DNA of 60,928 nucleotides, filler included, from Sphacelaria rigidula (GCA_964200075.2; 9 parts of 9 records of this genome joined end to end with filler, not necessarily neighbours in it); one strand, 5' to 3'. Positions 13,242 through 26,345 are shown, numbered from the whole stretch's first letter. Translations and numbers: made by a program. Notes: generated by a model not told the origin, from the letters alone.

Positions 13242-14067
13242 TTATCAAATCAAATATATTATTAGGGAAAATGATCCCCCGCTCGATACTGGGATCAAGT
13301 GAGCAAAATGATCCGCCGTTCCACACTGGGATCAAGTCAGCGTGTGATCCTTCTCGGAACACTAATTTACATCAAAACCAACCTTCCATTACTTCAACAA
13401 AGTAAACGGCTGGGCGAGAGTCACAAAAGGCGGAGGCAGTTCAACGGACTCGACAAAACAGAAGNNNNNNNNNNNNNNNNNNNNNNNNNNNNNNNNNNNN
13501 NNNNNNNNTTAATTAATTAANNNNNNNNNNNNNNNNNNNNNNNNNNNNNNNNNNNNNNNNNNNNAAATTTCACACCGAAGTATAACCTTAACCAGCGCGA
13601 TTAGTAAAAAGAAAACCCATCGGCAAAAGACGCCCCCCCCCCCCCCCCCCAATCCATCGGTGCCCCGTCTCGAAAGGGATGCGTGGCCAATTGTAAAATG
13701 ACCAGGGCAAGCGACCAGTAAGTACGCCCCTCCCTCCCCCTCGCTCCGTCTGTTTTGCCGATGTTGCAGCTTCGGGTCACTGTACGGCTGCTTACGCAAC
13801 GTGCTCGTCGGTGACGATTACTTCAGCCTTCATTTTTGCAACGGGAAAGACACACCACTGGGGAAAGTGCATAACAACATCCTAACGACATCTTGCGCAT
13901 AGGCGTGAAGCTTCACCACCAGCGTCGTAAAATTGGAGGAATTCCGGCTGACAAATTCCATAACCCGCGGGTGCTATCCCCTATTCTACGGCACAATGTG
14001 TCACTCCCCTCCGGGGCTGTACGCACTCACAATACCAGAACCATGAAGACACGCAAGCCATACGCAC

Positions 14068-14655
14068 CGCCAGGGGGGGGGGGCACCGTGTCGAGGTCGC
14101 CCGGCCGGTGCCACCATGGCCGTCTCCGTCGAAGCTTCCTCCACCGTTAATCCTACGGCCATCGCCGTAACCGGGGCCGCGGTGGCCGTCAAACCGTCCG
14201 TGACCCTGAAGCTTGGGCGAAAGGTCGTCAACGTACGAGCCCACAGATTCCTGCTCGACGTCCTTATCGGCAGGATCCCGACGCTGAGTTACCATGCTGA
14301 CCCGGTCTGCCTGCCATACCCGCCTGTCTCCGCCGCCATCGCCGCCATGACTGGGGGCCCCGTTGCCGTTACCTGTACCGCTACATCTCACGCTGTTATT
14401 TTTTGGGATATAGCGGTCGAACGGATTGCCGGCGGCCGCCTGGAAATTGTGCCCTCCAGCCCGCGAGCCCATACGCGGTGACCGACAGTGGCTGCAAGCG
14501 TCGTATTTGACTTGGTTGTTTCGATTACATCGGCTACACGTCCAGAGACCACTGCCACCTCCGCTGCTCCGGGCGGCGGCAGCGGCGCCAGTGGTGATAG
14601 CCGTCGCACCGTTCGGTACTCTGGCGTTGTAGACTGGCGCATTTGGACGATGCAT
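14068..14655 (-). CDS. Probable first coding exon of a RanBP2-type zinc-finger protein with Gly-rich linker
   Basis: ORF MHRPN...WTCSRCNRNNQVKYDACSHCRSPR fits W-x-C-x2-C-x3-N-x6-C-x2-C. GC-rich codons; candidate donor GCG|GTGCGT near 14068 (exon end approximate). Confidence 0.65.
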
Positions 14656-16082
14656 GCGATGCGAATGCTAGCGCTCTGTCCGTACTGCAGACGTATTGTT
14701 TCGGGAGTCCTTCCTGTTTCGCTGTTTGCTGGGGGTCGACGACATCGAAACCGTTACACGTTGGGTAAGTGAGAAGCGCTATGCGGGGCTGTGCTGCAGT
14801 ACTGATGAGCGCCAACACCGGGGGAAAAAGCCGAGACACCATGTGTGGGATGACCACCGCACTGGCACGGCAGTGGGGACTGGTATAGAGATAGGTGTAC
14901 GCATTAGATGGGTACCTAGACGGCGCTCTCTCCAGGAAGGGAAGCCAAATTCTTCGTGCCATATATTACTGACTGCGGTGCTGTCGTATGTTCCATATGT
15001 TATACCATCAGCTCCCAAAGGTATGACTGCGGCATTTGCCCATGCTGCCCGCAAAAGCCGGGTGCCGTTCCAACTTGCTGTAAACTTGACATTAGAGAAG
15101 ACATTACAAAGAGGTACGATATGTACCACATTGAAACAGAGCACAGGCAGACGCCAGCCGAACAGTGTCCACCAAATGACAATTTTGCGCCCGTTTTTGC
15201 CCTGCTGCTGTACTGTACTGCAAGTGTCGCTTGGATCGCTTCGACCTGAGCAACGGCAGTTACACTCTTCGAGGGAGCGAATGGCAAATCCGAAATTCAA
15301 ACACATACAAACGACAGCCCTCGAAACAATGACAGTTGTGCGTGAAGCAGCACCTAAAACCCTCAACATCAGCACTGATGAGAATTATCGTCTCGTGTTC
15401 ACCCACCTTGCTCTAGCTCTCTTTTCATCTGCTCCCCCTGGACAACAGTTCGACAGCGCACAGTCTGCTACTGCGCGAATTTGATTTACGCGCGCAGGGC
15501 GTTTGAGTTTTGTTTTTTGAAATTTACTTTTCCCTCCTAGCCAAACCCGCGGTCGAAAGATCGAGAACATAAAGCTGCGGATTCAACACTACAGCAAGAA
15601 AAATAGCAAACCGCGCTTTGTGAGAGGACTCTATTCATAACCCTTTAGTTTACAAGATCTTACAGGCAAAAAGTTGTAAGAAAGGCGAAGAAAAGAAAAA
15701 TTAGGGAGACAGTGCAGGACTAACTTATGACAATCTTCAAAATACTAGGATTTTTTTCGTTTTTCAAGTCCTCCAGGCACGCAGACCACCACACCAGACA
15801 AAAAAGAGCGGGTAAGACAGCTGTAGTTACATCCTGCCAGTTACCCTACATAGAGCTACAGTCAGCTACGCGCCACAATCACCATAGGGCAGTGGTAGAT
15901 CGTAATTGACAGGCCAAGGAGGTACACAGCAGAAGGTCAGTGCAACATTGCCGTGTCGCAGCGTGTGGAATACGGAAAACTGTTACGACGTACCAATCGA
16001 TTTTGTTTGGCCGGAGCTCAGGAAGACAACATAAGGACGCGAGAGAGTGGGGTGGGGCACCGCTTCCCTCATCACGAAAACT

Positions 16083-16283
16083 ATGGTATCCGAGTTCAAC
16101 CACGCAAACGCGGCGGATGAGGACCAATTGGCTACACCGCCAGCATGTGCCTCGACAGCCGCCAGCAGCCTGGAAAGCTCAGATCACGAGGAAAATGTCG
16201 GGGAAGGGAGGGGTGGGTCGAACCATGGGCTTGCGAGCCTCAAGGCGCAGCCTGGATCACACCATCATTTTTCGGACTTCGAG
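16083..16283 (+). CDS. Possible coding exon of unknown protein (MVSEFNHANAADEDQL...SDFE)
   Basis: ATG-initiated acidic/Ser-rich frame ending at donor GAG|GTACGG; no recognisable domain. Confidence 0.3.
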
Positions 16284-17674
16284 GTACGGTGTTGGCCCGT
16301 GAACTCCATACATCGTTGTTTTTCATATATTATTGAAAGCCGTTCCGATATCTGGGCCTCTCATGACATATGTGATACAAAGGCCTTACTTCAAAATTTC
16401 ATTTTATTTCGGTGCACAGCGGAATTTCGAATGCTGTTCGTGCATGTGTACACACATACAAAATCGTAGTCTGGCTGATGACTCCGGTTGAGCGCATGAT
16501 TTGTATTATACTCTGACGGCCGGCCATCCCCTCACTAGTATTTTCATCAAGCTCTTAACAACGGTCACGCCTTCCCACCCCCGTGACCCTGGGAGACTCT
16601 TTGGGCGGTTATCTCGGAGGTTGATGCCCTCTTACCGACATGAAAAGACCAAGACTTGTACTTCTGCTGAGATCAAGCAGCACTTTCGCCCTCGTCTTCC
16701 AGAGAACGGAGAAATATCGATTGTCCCCGAATGTCAACCGCACAGCCCCTATTCTATGATAACCCCCCAATAACCACAGACAGCATTGTAACAGCAGTCC
16801 ATGTATCATTAGTTTCATGGCGAGTTGCTGTTGAAAGCCCGTCAGCAGGCTTTCGTCGTGCGGTTGCATGAGGGCTGATCATCACGTCATCGTTAGTTAT
16901 CGTTGTGTGCACGTTGTGTGTACCTGTAGTGTACGCACAACAGTTACATTATATTTACGTTATGGTACCCGCAACCTGCTTTCATGATATCCTCAGCCCG
17001 ATTTATGTTGTTTCTCTTCACGGAACCTCCAACAATCCTATACTCCGCACATGTGGTTCACGAATCGCCCTACCGTGGTGTTGATCACATAATCATTTCA
17101 CGGCCTGCATCCAATTGAAGACCTTTAACTCCCCGAACAAGAGGGTGGAATCTCTAATGTGTCGACACGGTCGTGGGTACCTTGCCCCCCCCCCCCCCCG
17201 CCCCACCAACTCATGGTTGAAAGATCTATACTCTAGTGTAAACGTATTCGGCTCTTCACAGGGCTCACAGGAAGGCCCCCAGAGTGGCGATTGCTCGTCA
17301 ACGTGCTCGGCACGGATATTAGCGCGAATCGTCGCCGATTCGAGCTCTGGCAGCGCGCACTCTGCCTAGAGCACCGTACGAATCCCCCTTGTCTGGGGGC
17401 TCTTCATTTATCTTGTGTTGAGGTTTGGATTCGTGTTGTAGCCTTGGGGTTCGACAAAGTCACTACAATGATGAATTTGTGGAGCTGGGTATGAACAACC
17501 CATTTTCCCGCGGCACTTTCGCCATCAAGGCAAAAGTTCCCCAGGCTCCCCCTTGACTTTACCCGTTGGCTACGAGCTCGTATTAGCACGTGATCGAATT
17601 CGATTTGTTGATTGTCGCACATCGAGTGATCCCCGAAGGATGCGGCCATGATCACAAGATTGTTGGACCTAAGT

Positions 17675-18335
17675 TGACCCTCAGACCGCGATGCGGGTAG
17701 TCCATCTGGATCACGCATACCTTCTTCAAGTGAATTTGATGCCGATTCCAGGTGACCTACTCTCGCGATCGAAGGGTTAACCCCTAGACGGCGAGGGTAG
17801 TCGATCTGGATCATGCTTCATTCTTCTTCCAAGTGACATTGATGCCGATTCAACAGATGACTATTCTCGCCATGTAAGGGTTAAAACCCTTAGACCGCGA
17901 GGTTGGTCTTCTGTTGAATCGGCATCTTCTTTTTGTGTTAAAAATTATACATGATCCACAAAGCATAANNNNNNNNNNAATCGGCATCAACTTCAAGTGA
18001 AAAAAAGTATGCATGATCCAGAAAGACTAATCTCGCGGTCTAAGGGTTACATCCATACTTTTTTTCACTTGAAATTGATGCCGATTCAACTGAAGATTAA
18101 CCTCGCGGTCTAAGGGTCAACCCTTAACCCTTAGACCGCGAGATTAATCTTTCTTGATCATGCATACTTTTTTTTCACTTGAAATTGATACCGATTCAAC
18201 AGAAAACTAACCTCGCGGTCTAAGGGAAAACCCTTGAACGACGAGAGTAGGCCATCTGTTGGATTGACATCAATTTCACTCGAAAGAAGTATGCATGGTC
18301 CAGATGGACTGCTCTCGCGCTCTTAGGGTTCAACG
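17675..18335. repeat. Array of ~100-bp units in both orientations (AACCCTTAGACCGCGAG...GATGCCGATTCAAC)
   Basis: Unit starts near 17679, 17782, 17889 and 18128, with inverted copies in 17979-18125; contains a 10-N gap. Confidence 0.8.
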
Positions 18336-18608
18336 AACGGTTGAGCCATGAAAGAATGTGTGTGTGTGTGTAGGTGGGGTCCTCAGCCACTGTCTGTATT
18401 GACAGTCTGATCGAGACAAAAGAAGCGGAAACGAAACAAGCGTTGAAACATAGCGCAGTCGTTTGGTGATCGGGCGGATCTATGGTTGCCGAGGCGTGTC
18501 GGCATGCTGCCCTTGAACCCTTCCTTCTTCGTTTCTTTGTCTTCTTCTCGATAAGACACGATCTTATTGGAGATGATTTCGTGCCCGTGATCGATCGCTG
18601 CGATGTCT

Positions 18609-18644
<36 letters not shown>

Positions 18645-21600
18645 CGCTTTGTTCTGTGCATGTTTTTTTTTGTGGGGGGTTGGAGAGAGGGNNNNNNNNN
18701 NCCGACCTTTTCTCTGCCCCCCCCCCCCCCCTCCCCCTCTTCCCCTAAAATTGTTTTTGCAAGAAGATTTTTGTTTTTGGCCCGGATGGGAACGCGGATA
18801 TCCCCTCAACAGGGGCAAATGGGAAGGCTCGCCACACAAGCTTACGCGATCAGTGATGAACCTGAGAAGCCCACTCCCTCTGCAAACCAAAAGCAAACGG
18901 CTCGAGCCTTAGCTGCTCATCAGCTGAGCACGTCATGCGTGACCTTTCGCAAATATGTTGGAGAATTGATTGATGAACGCGATGGTTTGTGTGAGACGCG
19001 CTCATAGCATACGCACACAAGGGGTCAGCAACGTCACGTTTTCGATTGTAATTTGACACGCTCGTGGCCGTCTTTAATACAGCACAGAACGGATTTTGTC
19101 TCACGAATGCTGCCGTGCTAAGATGAGCAGGTCTAGTGCTGAAGCTCATGCGTGTGAATGGTGGATACGTGTGCGTTTTTTTCGGGGCTCGGTGTGTAGC
19201 TGTTATGCGTTTGCCTTGTTGCGTCATGTCTATCACAACAGACGGTACAGAAGGGTTGGAGTAACGACCACTACCTGAACCGCCGCATCTCTGAACCTGC
19301 GTGCAGATCTGGGCTTTGACTTCACAAGAATGTTCTTGATTGGACTCATACAGGTGACTGTGGAGACATGTACAATACCGCCTACAATATGTGAACGATG
19401 AACGGGTTGGGATGGGTGTTTTTGTTGTTTCGGGGGGTTCTGGTCAGGGGGCAATATTTTCGTGACATTGAGAGTAGCGCGTTGCTTGAGACTGGGTTCT
19501 ATCATTCCCCTAAGTTGAAAAGTTGACAATTTTTTTACCCCATGTGTGTTTCTATCCGCCTGTATCACTGGCGTGTGCTTACAGCTGCACATCGATATCC
19601 TAGTCGGAGATATCAAGGGCTTCAGTGGCAAGCTACTCCAGAAAGCACATCGGGCCTCGCGGAGGGACATTTAGGAACTGAAACGATTCATTCACTAAAT
19701 GACCTCTTCTCACTCTCAATCTCACGAAAAACAAATCAGAACGATGTGTTTTCACAAATTATTTAAAAAAACAATCAATCGTCTTATTCGGGCATGTCTT
19801 CGTACATTTCCTTTCGATCGGAAAAGTGCGGTTGAAATGAAGATTTTCGATCTGATGAGCCCATCGCATTTCTGTTCCTAGCTGGCGTCAAGTCTTTCGT
19901 GAATAACATGATCGTTACGGTGTACTTGGTACATACTGTACATACTGCTACGGTAGTGGAGTAGGATATCTGTGGCCATCCGAACTTTCATCGTAAGAAA
20001 ATTCTATCTCCTTTGCTGTCACTCCTCTTCAGTTATGTGGTACTCTGTAGCGGAAACGCTTTTGAAACTACTTTGAGTCCCCTACTCGTACCAGCCGCAG
20101 CGCACTGTTTCGCTTCCTTACGTACGTATGTGTCTGTAACGCCGTTAGGAACTCCAACTTTTTTCTTGTATATATATTTGTATATCAGTAACGCCGTTAG
20201 GAACTCCATTTTTTTTTTCGTGACGACGGGACGCCAATATAGGACNNNNNNNNNNNNNNNNNNNNNNNNNNNNNNNNNNNNNNNNNNNNTTAATTAATTA
20301 ANNNNNNNNNNNNNNNNNNNNNNNNNNNNNNNNNNNNNNNNNNNNGCAAGTGCTGGAATGCGCATGCTGGCGCAAATGCCCTTGCTCATTCTTGCTTGGT
20401 AGTATCTCGTCCCGGCCCAAGCATTCGATCGAAACTGCAACTTGCCAAGCTCGATGTTTACATATTGTTGTTAGTGTACACAGGCGGCAGTGGCAACACA
20501 CATCATGGCTGCTGCTATTAGTCCGTGAAGTGCGGTATACAGACGATGGTCAAAACCGCTCTTCACACGTGCGTTCCTGCGCTTGATCCGTCCGACGTAC
20601 GCTCAGGCGACTTTCATGTGCGACCTCGCCGATCCAATTCGAGAGGTGACGGGTACTTGCTGTTGTGACGCGAAGTTGCTTTGCACAGCAACACAAAGTA
20701 GCTTGCTATCAACGTACACAGGCAGTGGTGACAGCAAATTCTTTCCGATTGTCGTTGGTGTACAGACGCGATGCACAAATATCCCGCCTGTCCAGTCTCA
20801 TAGTTTCCTGTTATCTTGTTGTTAATGCACACAGGCAGTAGTGACAGCAAACGTCCTGGCTGTCGTCGGTGTATCACAGGCAGTGCATCGAACATTGAAA
20901 AGACCGCGCTTGAGGCCCCGGCTTGTGCGCTCGATAGCGTAGACACAACACAGCCGATTTTGATCAGAGCAAACTATATGGTTCGTGGTACTTTATGTTG
21001 GGAGAATGAATTACCCCTTGTACACGAGCGCATACAGGAAATCAGCACCACATGGCAGGACGGAAGATACATACACATACTTGACACATGCCCTTCAAAA
21101 CGAAGCTTGTCCCATGTTGCATTGTTCACATATTGTTATTAGTATTTACACTCAGTTACCGAAAATATCACTGCTGTCTCCCGACTGTGAAAGGACCGAA
21201 GGACCGCAATAAAATTTGGGCGCACCGGCTTAGCTTATGCGTTGGGGCTCTAACACTCTGGCATGAAACAGACGCGTCAAATGTTTCGGTGACCGCGTTG
21301 AGCCTTTCGGTGGCCACCTTGAGTTCTCTCTCAGCCTTCTCCGCGCGTTGAGGCGCCGTCTTGACCTTGCGCGCGGTCGCCAGGGCACAGGTCAAGTCTT
21401 GACCGGTTCTTTCCTTGTACTTCGCCCATGCTTCGCAGGATTTCGTTTTTCTCTTCAACTTCTAAACACCGTGCTTCTGAGAATTTCCCATTTTTGACCT
21501 CTGCAAAAGCTGCTGGTCCTCAACCCACAACTGCCGATTTTTCAACTCTATTTTCTCGGCAACCAGGTAGAGGATTCGACTGCTGTTTGATGCGTGCGCT

Positions 21601-22147
21601 TCCCATGCACCGGAACTGTTCAGTGTAGCGACAGATTTCCGTACGCGTGCCCAGCACTTTAGAAACCGCTGTATCAAACACAAAATGTTCAGAAAAACTC
21701 GTTTCCTGCAACGTTCCGGGACCTTTTGGATCCCCTGTGGCGAATGGAGCAAATCTGCTTGCGCTGCTGTATAGGTGTTCTCTGTGTGCTGGGGGCTGTG
21801 AAGTTCCAAAGGCCGCTGTGCTTCCTGTCTTGAGATAATGGCGATGTAAAAAAATACATGTGTCGCATACTAAACCTGGATAACTTGGGATGAAGCGTGT
21901 GTCATTTCCGGCAGAGGTTCGGCACAGGCCCGACCAGTCTATGACGTCTTCAATACGTCTTCAATATCCGTCCGCATTCGTTCTTTTTTTGTAGAAACCG
22001 GATTTTTGGTCGGTAAGGCCTTCATTCACCTCCGTAACTGTAGAGGCAGAACAAATCTGCTCGTGGCTCAAATCTTCTTCATATCCTCCTGTGTGCAGAG
22101 ACTACAGATAGCCCTATGCTGTCTGTACTTTACGTTACGGAGAGAAG

Positions 22148-22346
22148 GGTCATACAGCGCCTGATGTTTGGTTTCAGGCTGTGCATGAAGCGCCTCATAT
22201 GGGCGACATTGGCGGAAACAAACCCAAGCGTGGGAATTCCCAGCTGCTTGTCGTGCCCGGCGTTTTTTCGCTTCGACTTACGTGTAGGTTTTGCCTCCCC
22301 AAACCAGCCATTTGTTTTGGAGGGGGGTGCTATCGCAGAATGTGTC
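22148..22346. mobile_element. Left-truncated copy of MITE family B
   Basis: ggtcatacagcgcctgatgtttggtttcagg...gctatcgcagaatgtgtc matches 22863-23038. Confidence 0.7.
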
Positions 22347-22794
22347 TGATGACCATAGTCACCATATTCACGATCGTGCCCCGTGCAGGTACGGGCGGCA
22401 AAACGCGGCGCGAAACGGGGTGGCTTGGGAGCGATCCGAGTCAAGGAGACTTACTTCCGGAACGACTCTCTGCTAATTTCTCTTTCAGACACTTTGATGG
22501 GCGGCTCATCAAGTCAAGTCGGCCAAAGGAAGCAGGTACAACCGTGCACGACCCACCCGTTGAGGCTTTTCCACGCGAGTCGCTGCGTACCTATGCAATA
22601 TTTGCGGGGGAGGACTTCGACCGGGTAGCGATCATGCTGTGGTGTGGTCTTGTTGCTTCTCGCGTAGTTGATTGAGCGCGCGAGCGCTATCGTTTGTAGA
22701 CACATGCCAGGTTGCTGGCTTGTAGCTGCTCTCTGCGGCCCTTGCGGCGCTGTCTGCATAGATGTCTGTGTACCTTCGTTTGGCGACATGTTCG

Positions 22795-23038
22795 GACACT
22801 TTCTACGATAGCACCCCCCCCCAAAAAAAAAAAAAAACAGCCCAAAACTGTCTCGAAGAAGATGGTCATACAGCGCCTGATGTTCGGTTTCAGGTTACAC
22901 GAAGCGCCTCATACAGGCGGCATAGGCGAAAACGAACCCAAGCATGGAGAGGTTCCCAGTTGTTCATTTCGAGTCACGTGTAGATTTTGCATCTCCAAAC
23001 CAGCCACTTTTTCGGGGGGGGCTATCGTAGAAAGTGTC
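22795..23038. mobile_element. MITE, family B (TIR GACACTTTCTACGATAGC), flanked by TTCG direct repeat
   Basis: ttcg|GACACTTTCTACGATAGC...GCTATCGTAGAAAGTGTC|ttcg; related copies at 22148 and 49125. Confidence 0.85.
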
Positions 23039-24493
23039 TTCGTTTTTTCGGAGGGGGAGGGGGAGGGGGAGGGGGGTGGGGGGTGGGCGCTTCTTCCATC
23101 TACTTTCATTGCTCTCTTAATAGCTCGTCCGTGTGTCCTCACACCTTACTCCGTTCTCGTCTCTGTTGTACATGTTCCGTCTCGTTTGTTTGTTTTTGAA
23201 CGTCCGTTTGTTCATCTTACTGTCTGCTGCTGCTGCTGCTGCAGCTGCAGCAGTTGAATTACGCGTGTCCGTCAGCTGACTTTCTGCTCTGCTATCTTGA
23301 GCTCTTGGATCGCCCAGAGATAGAGGCCTGTTTTCGAGACAGCTCATTTCCTGGCGACGATGATGGTGTGAAGAAGGGGCTCCGGAGAGATGGTGGGCGA
23401 TGCTGTTTGCTGCTGCTGTACTCCGAGCTGAGCAAGCTGACCGGAGCATCGGGGGCGATGTCCATTCGACAAGAGCGAAGGCTGATGCAGGTGGCGCTGT
23501 TGTCCCGCACTGATCTTGGATATCGTAATTGGGTATAGCACCCGCGATATTTAGTTTGTCCGATAATTCGTAAACTGTCAATGGCTGTCATCGTGGACAG
23601 GATGTTTGATGCAGTTGGCATGTATCTTGAAGCGGGTGTTGTCTCTGCCGCCTACGCGATTCCCTTCAGTGCCCTGAGCTCTGTGTGCTTCCGGACATAC
23701 TCAAAGATGTATTCGCCCCCCCTCCCCCCATCTCCAGCCTGGTTCGACGAGAACCCGGCGTGCTCCGTCCCGGCTTCGTAGGGGCAGACCCCCGATGGGG
23801 TTGGCGTCCGTTGGCGATGACGCTATAAAAACACGCCACTCACTGCGTAAGCTAGGGAACCAGGTTAGCGATTTATTTTTTGCGCGCTTGCGTTTTTCTT
23901 GCGGTAACCATGATGGCAGTCGAGCTAGATCATCTTGTGCGGGGTGGCAGAACCTCAACTTCGCACGAAGGGGATGATCGTACTACGTAGTGTTTAAATG
24001 GTGAGATACCCATGAAGCAATACACAAGCCGTGGCTGTCTCTGGAAGTGGCGATACCAGAGAATTTAGCGACTCATTGTAGGCTGTCATCCACATGCAAG
24101 ATAATCAGTACGCTTCGGGCCGAATAATCTTGGTAGGATACAGCTCACCCCACTCGCCGAACACACCACGGTGCTTCGCGCTTGGTGATTGATTGGGAGC
24201 CTGGTCCGGCGAAAATCAGGCGTGGTACGCCCAGTATAGTTACACCACTTGGGAGGGTGCTATGGTTGATTTTTCAGTTCGACTTGATTTTAGTGTGGAC
24301 GGCCAAATCCGGATTTTTAATGGGGCTGTGCTCCGAGCGTGGCCCCTAGCGTTCACAGGAAGTGTTTTTGTTGAAATCGGCGCCTGGGGCGCCGATTTGA
24401 GGTCTGGCAACGTATCCTTTGCCTAGAAAACACTTCGCATCGTCTTGTCCGAGGGTTCTCGGTGTGCCTTTATTGGGGTTGATGTTAGTGTTA

Positions 24494-25045
24494 CAATAGT
24501 GGGCGGTCTGACTATTCATATTGTGACATTTTGTGATTTTTTCGTGATAAACGATTGTCTTGGGGCTATTTTCACTCGCCACCCCTTATCACATCGGGAG
24601 TCTGAAGATATTTGTATCCGCTCCACAGTCCAAGAAAAAAAAAAATCTGTACTCAATATTAAGTGACTTCCGGTCTGACCGGTCATCGGGGGTCCTGCCA
24701 CGTTTCAGCCCAGATTCTTACTCTTCTGTATTTTCGGTCGATCGAGCCCGTCCCGAACATATTTGCAGAGAAATGTATAGTTTTTTTTTGTTTGTAATTA
24801 TGCATACTCAGTGCACTAGGGCCGAAAAACTGTGTTTCACGGTCAATTACACCCTCCTGATAAACGGGGTATTCACTCGTTTCGCCCGATAACAACAAGT
24901 AACCCTGACCTGGACACTGTGTTTCGAGGATGATCTGTTTTGTTGTACCAAAATCTACCGACGCTAACAATTTCGAGTTCTATCGAAGAGTATTACCCGA
25001 GGAAAACCCAGAAACACTCCTAAATAGTTAGACCGCCCACTACTG
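24494..25045. mobile_element. Tc1/mariner-type MITE, family C copy 1
   Basis: TA|CAATAGTGGGCGGTCTGACTATT ... AATAGTTAGACCGCCCACTACTG|TA; TA TSD; homologous to 25304-25803. Confidence 0.85.
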
Positions 25046-25303
25046 TAGTGTTAGTGTCGTAGTTTGTTCGAAATTATAAATTTCTGAGAAATTTCTCACC
25101 CTCTCAAGTAGTAAACTAACCTCGGTACTCCCTGGCTGCGTATGGATGCGCGAGGTCAATGGTCTCACGACTACGGCATGCAAGGTTACAAGGGCAGGTC
25201 GGGTAGGGTATATATACCCTTATACCCTATACTCGGTATTTTGAAAGGTCGTACTCTTAGTACCCAAACACTTGGGTAGAGTGTTAAAATCGTGCCCAAT
25301 CTA

Positions 25304-25803
25304 CAGTAGTGGGCGGTCTAACTATTCATATTGAGGCATTTTGTGATTTCTTCGTAATTGGCGGTTTTCTTGGGCTCTTTTCGCTTGCCACCGCTTATCA
25401 CATTCGGAAGCTGAAGGTATTTGTATCCGTTCCACATTCCAAGAAACAAAATCATGTGTACTCAATATTGATGAATTACGGGCTGACCGGTTATCGGGGG
25501 TCTTGCGACGTTTCAGCTCAGATTCTTACTCTTCGGTATTTTCGGTTGATGGAGCCTGTTCCGATTTTTTTGTGAACAAAATGTACAGTTATATTTTTTA
25601 GAAATTCTGCCTACTCATTGCACTAGAGCCGAAAAACTGTGTTTCACGTTCAATTACACCCTCCTGATGAACGGGGTATTTACTTGTTTCGCCCGATAAC
25701 ACCAACTGGCACTGATTTGGGCACTGTGATTCGAGGATCATCTGTTGATTGTACCCGAGGAAAACACCAAAACCCCGCTGAATAGTTAGACCGCCCACTA
25801 CTG
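25304..25803. mobile_element. Tc1/mariner-type MITE, family C copy 2 (500 bp)
   Basis: TA|CAGTAGTGGGCGGTCTAACTATTCA ... TGAATAGTTAGACCGCCCACTACTG|TA; perfect 25-bp TIR. Confidence 0.9.
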
Positions 25804-25804
25804 T

Positions 25805-26345
25805 ATACCCGAAATTTGGGTAGAGTATTAGAGATCGTACCCATCTTGACCCAATTCTTGGGTGGAGTATGGAGGTCATGCCTAAGTGATACTCTATATC
25901 CAAGTATTGCTGAGAATGCCCGCCCAAATTTGGGCAGAGTATCAAGATCATACCCATCTTGACCCAATTCTTGGGTGGAGTATGGAGGTCATGCCTAAGT
26001 GATACTCTATATCCAGGTATTGCTGAGAATGCCTACCCAAATTTGGTATTAGTATCAAAATCATACCCCAATCACCCAAATTTCGGGTGGAGTATTTCAA
26101 GGTCATACCCAAGTGAAACTGTATATACAGGTATTGCTGAGAATGCCTACCCAAATATGGGTAGAGTATCGAAATCATACCCAAATTACCCAAATTTCGG
26201 ATGGAATATTTCAAGGTCATACCCAAGTGATAACTCTATATGCAGGTATCGCTGAGGGTGCTTACCCAAATTTCGGAAGAGTATTGAGATCATATCCAAT
26301 CTACCTAAAGTTTGGGTAGAGTATTTGAGGTTGTACCCAAATTAC
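25805..26345. repeat. Tandem repeat, ~113-bp unit rich in TACCCAAAT/TTGGGTAGAGTAT sub-motifs
   Basis: ccatcttgacccaattcttgggtggagtatggagg at 25841 and 25954, with further degenerate copies. The motif continues at 25200-25300 and 26767-26870. Confidence 0.85.

Noticed and set aside
12931..13362. Dipeptide-repeat ORFs (MI/DY/HN)
   Set aside because: Translations of the (ATTATG)n microsatellite.
14696..15484. Overlapping 262-aa and 198-aa ORFs
   Set aside because: No domain or coding signal; likely chance frames.
25805..26345. Possible CRISPR array or repeat-protein ORFs (GMILILxPNLG)
   Set aside because: Whole units are homologous, with no spacers; frames are short and interrupted, so this is a satellite.
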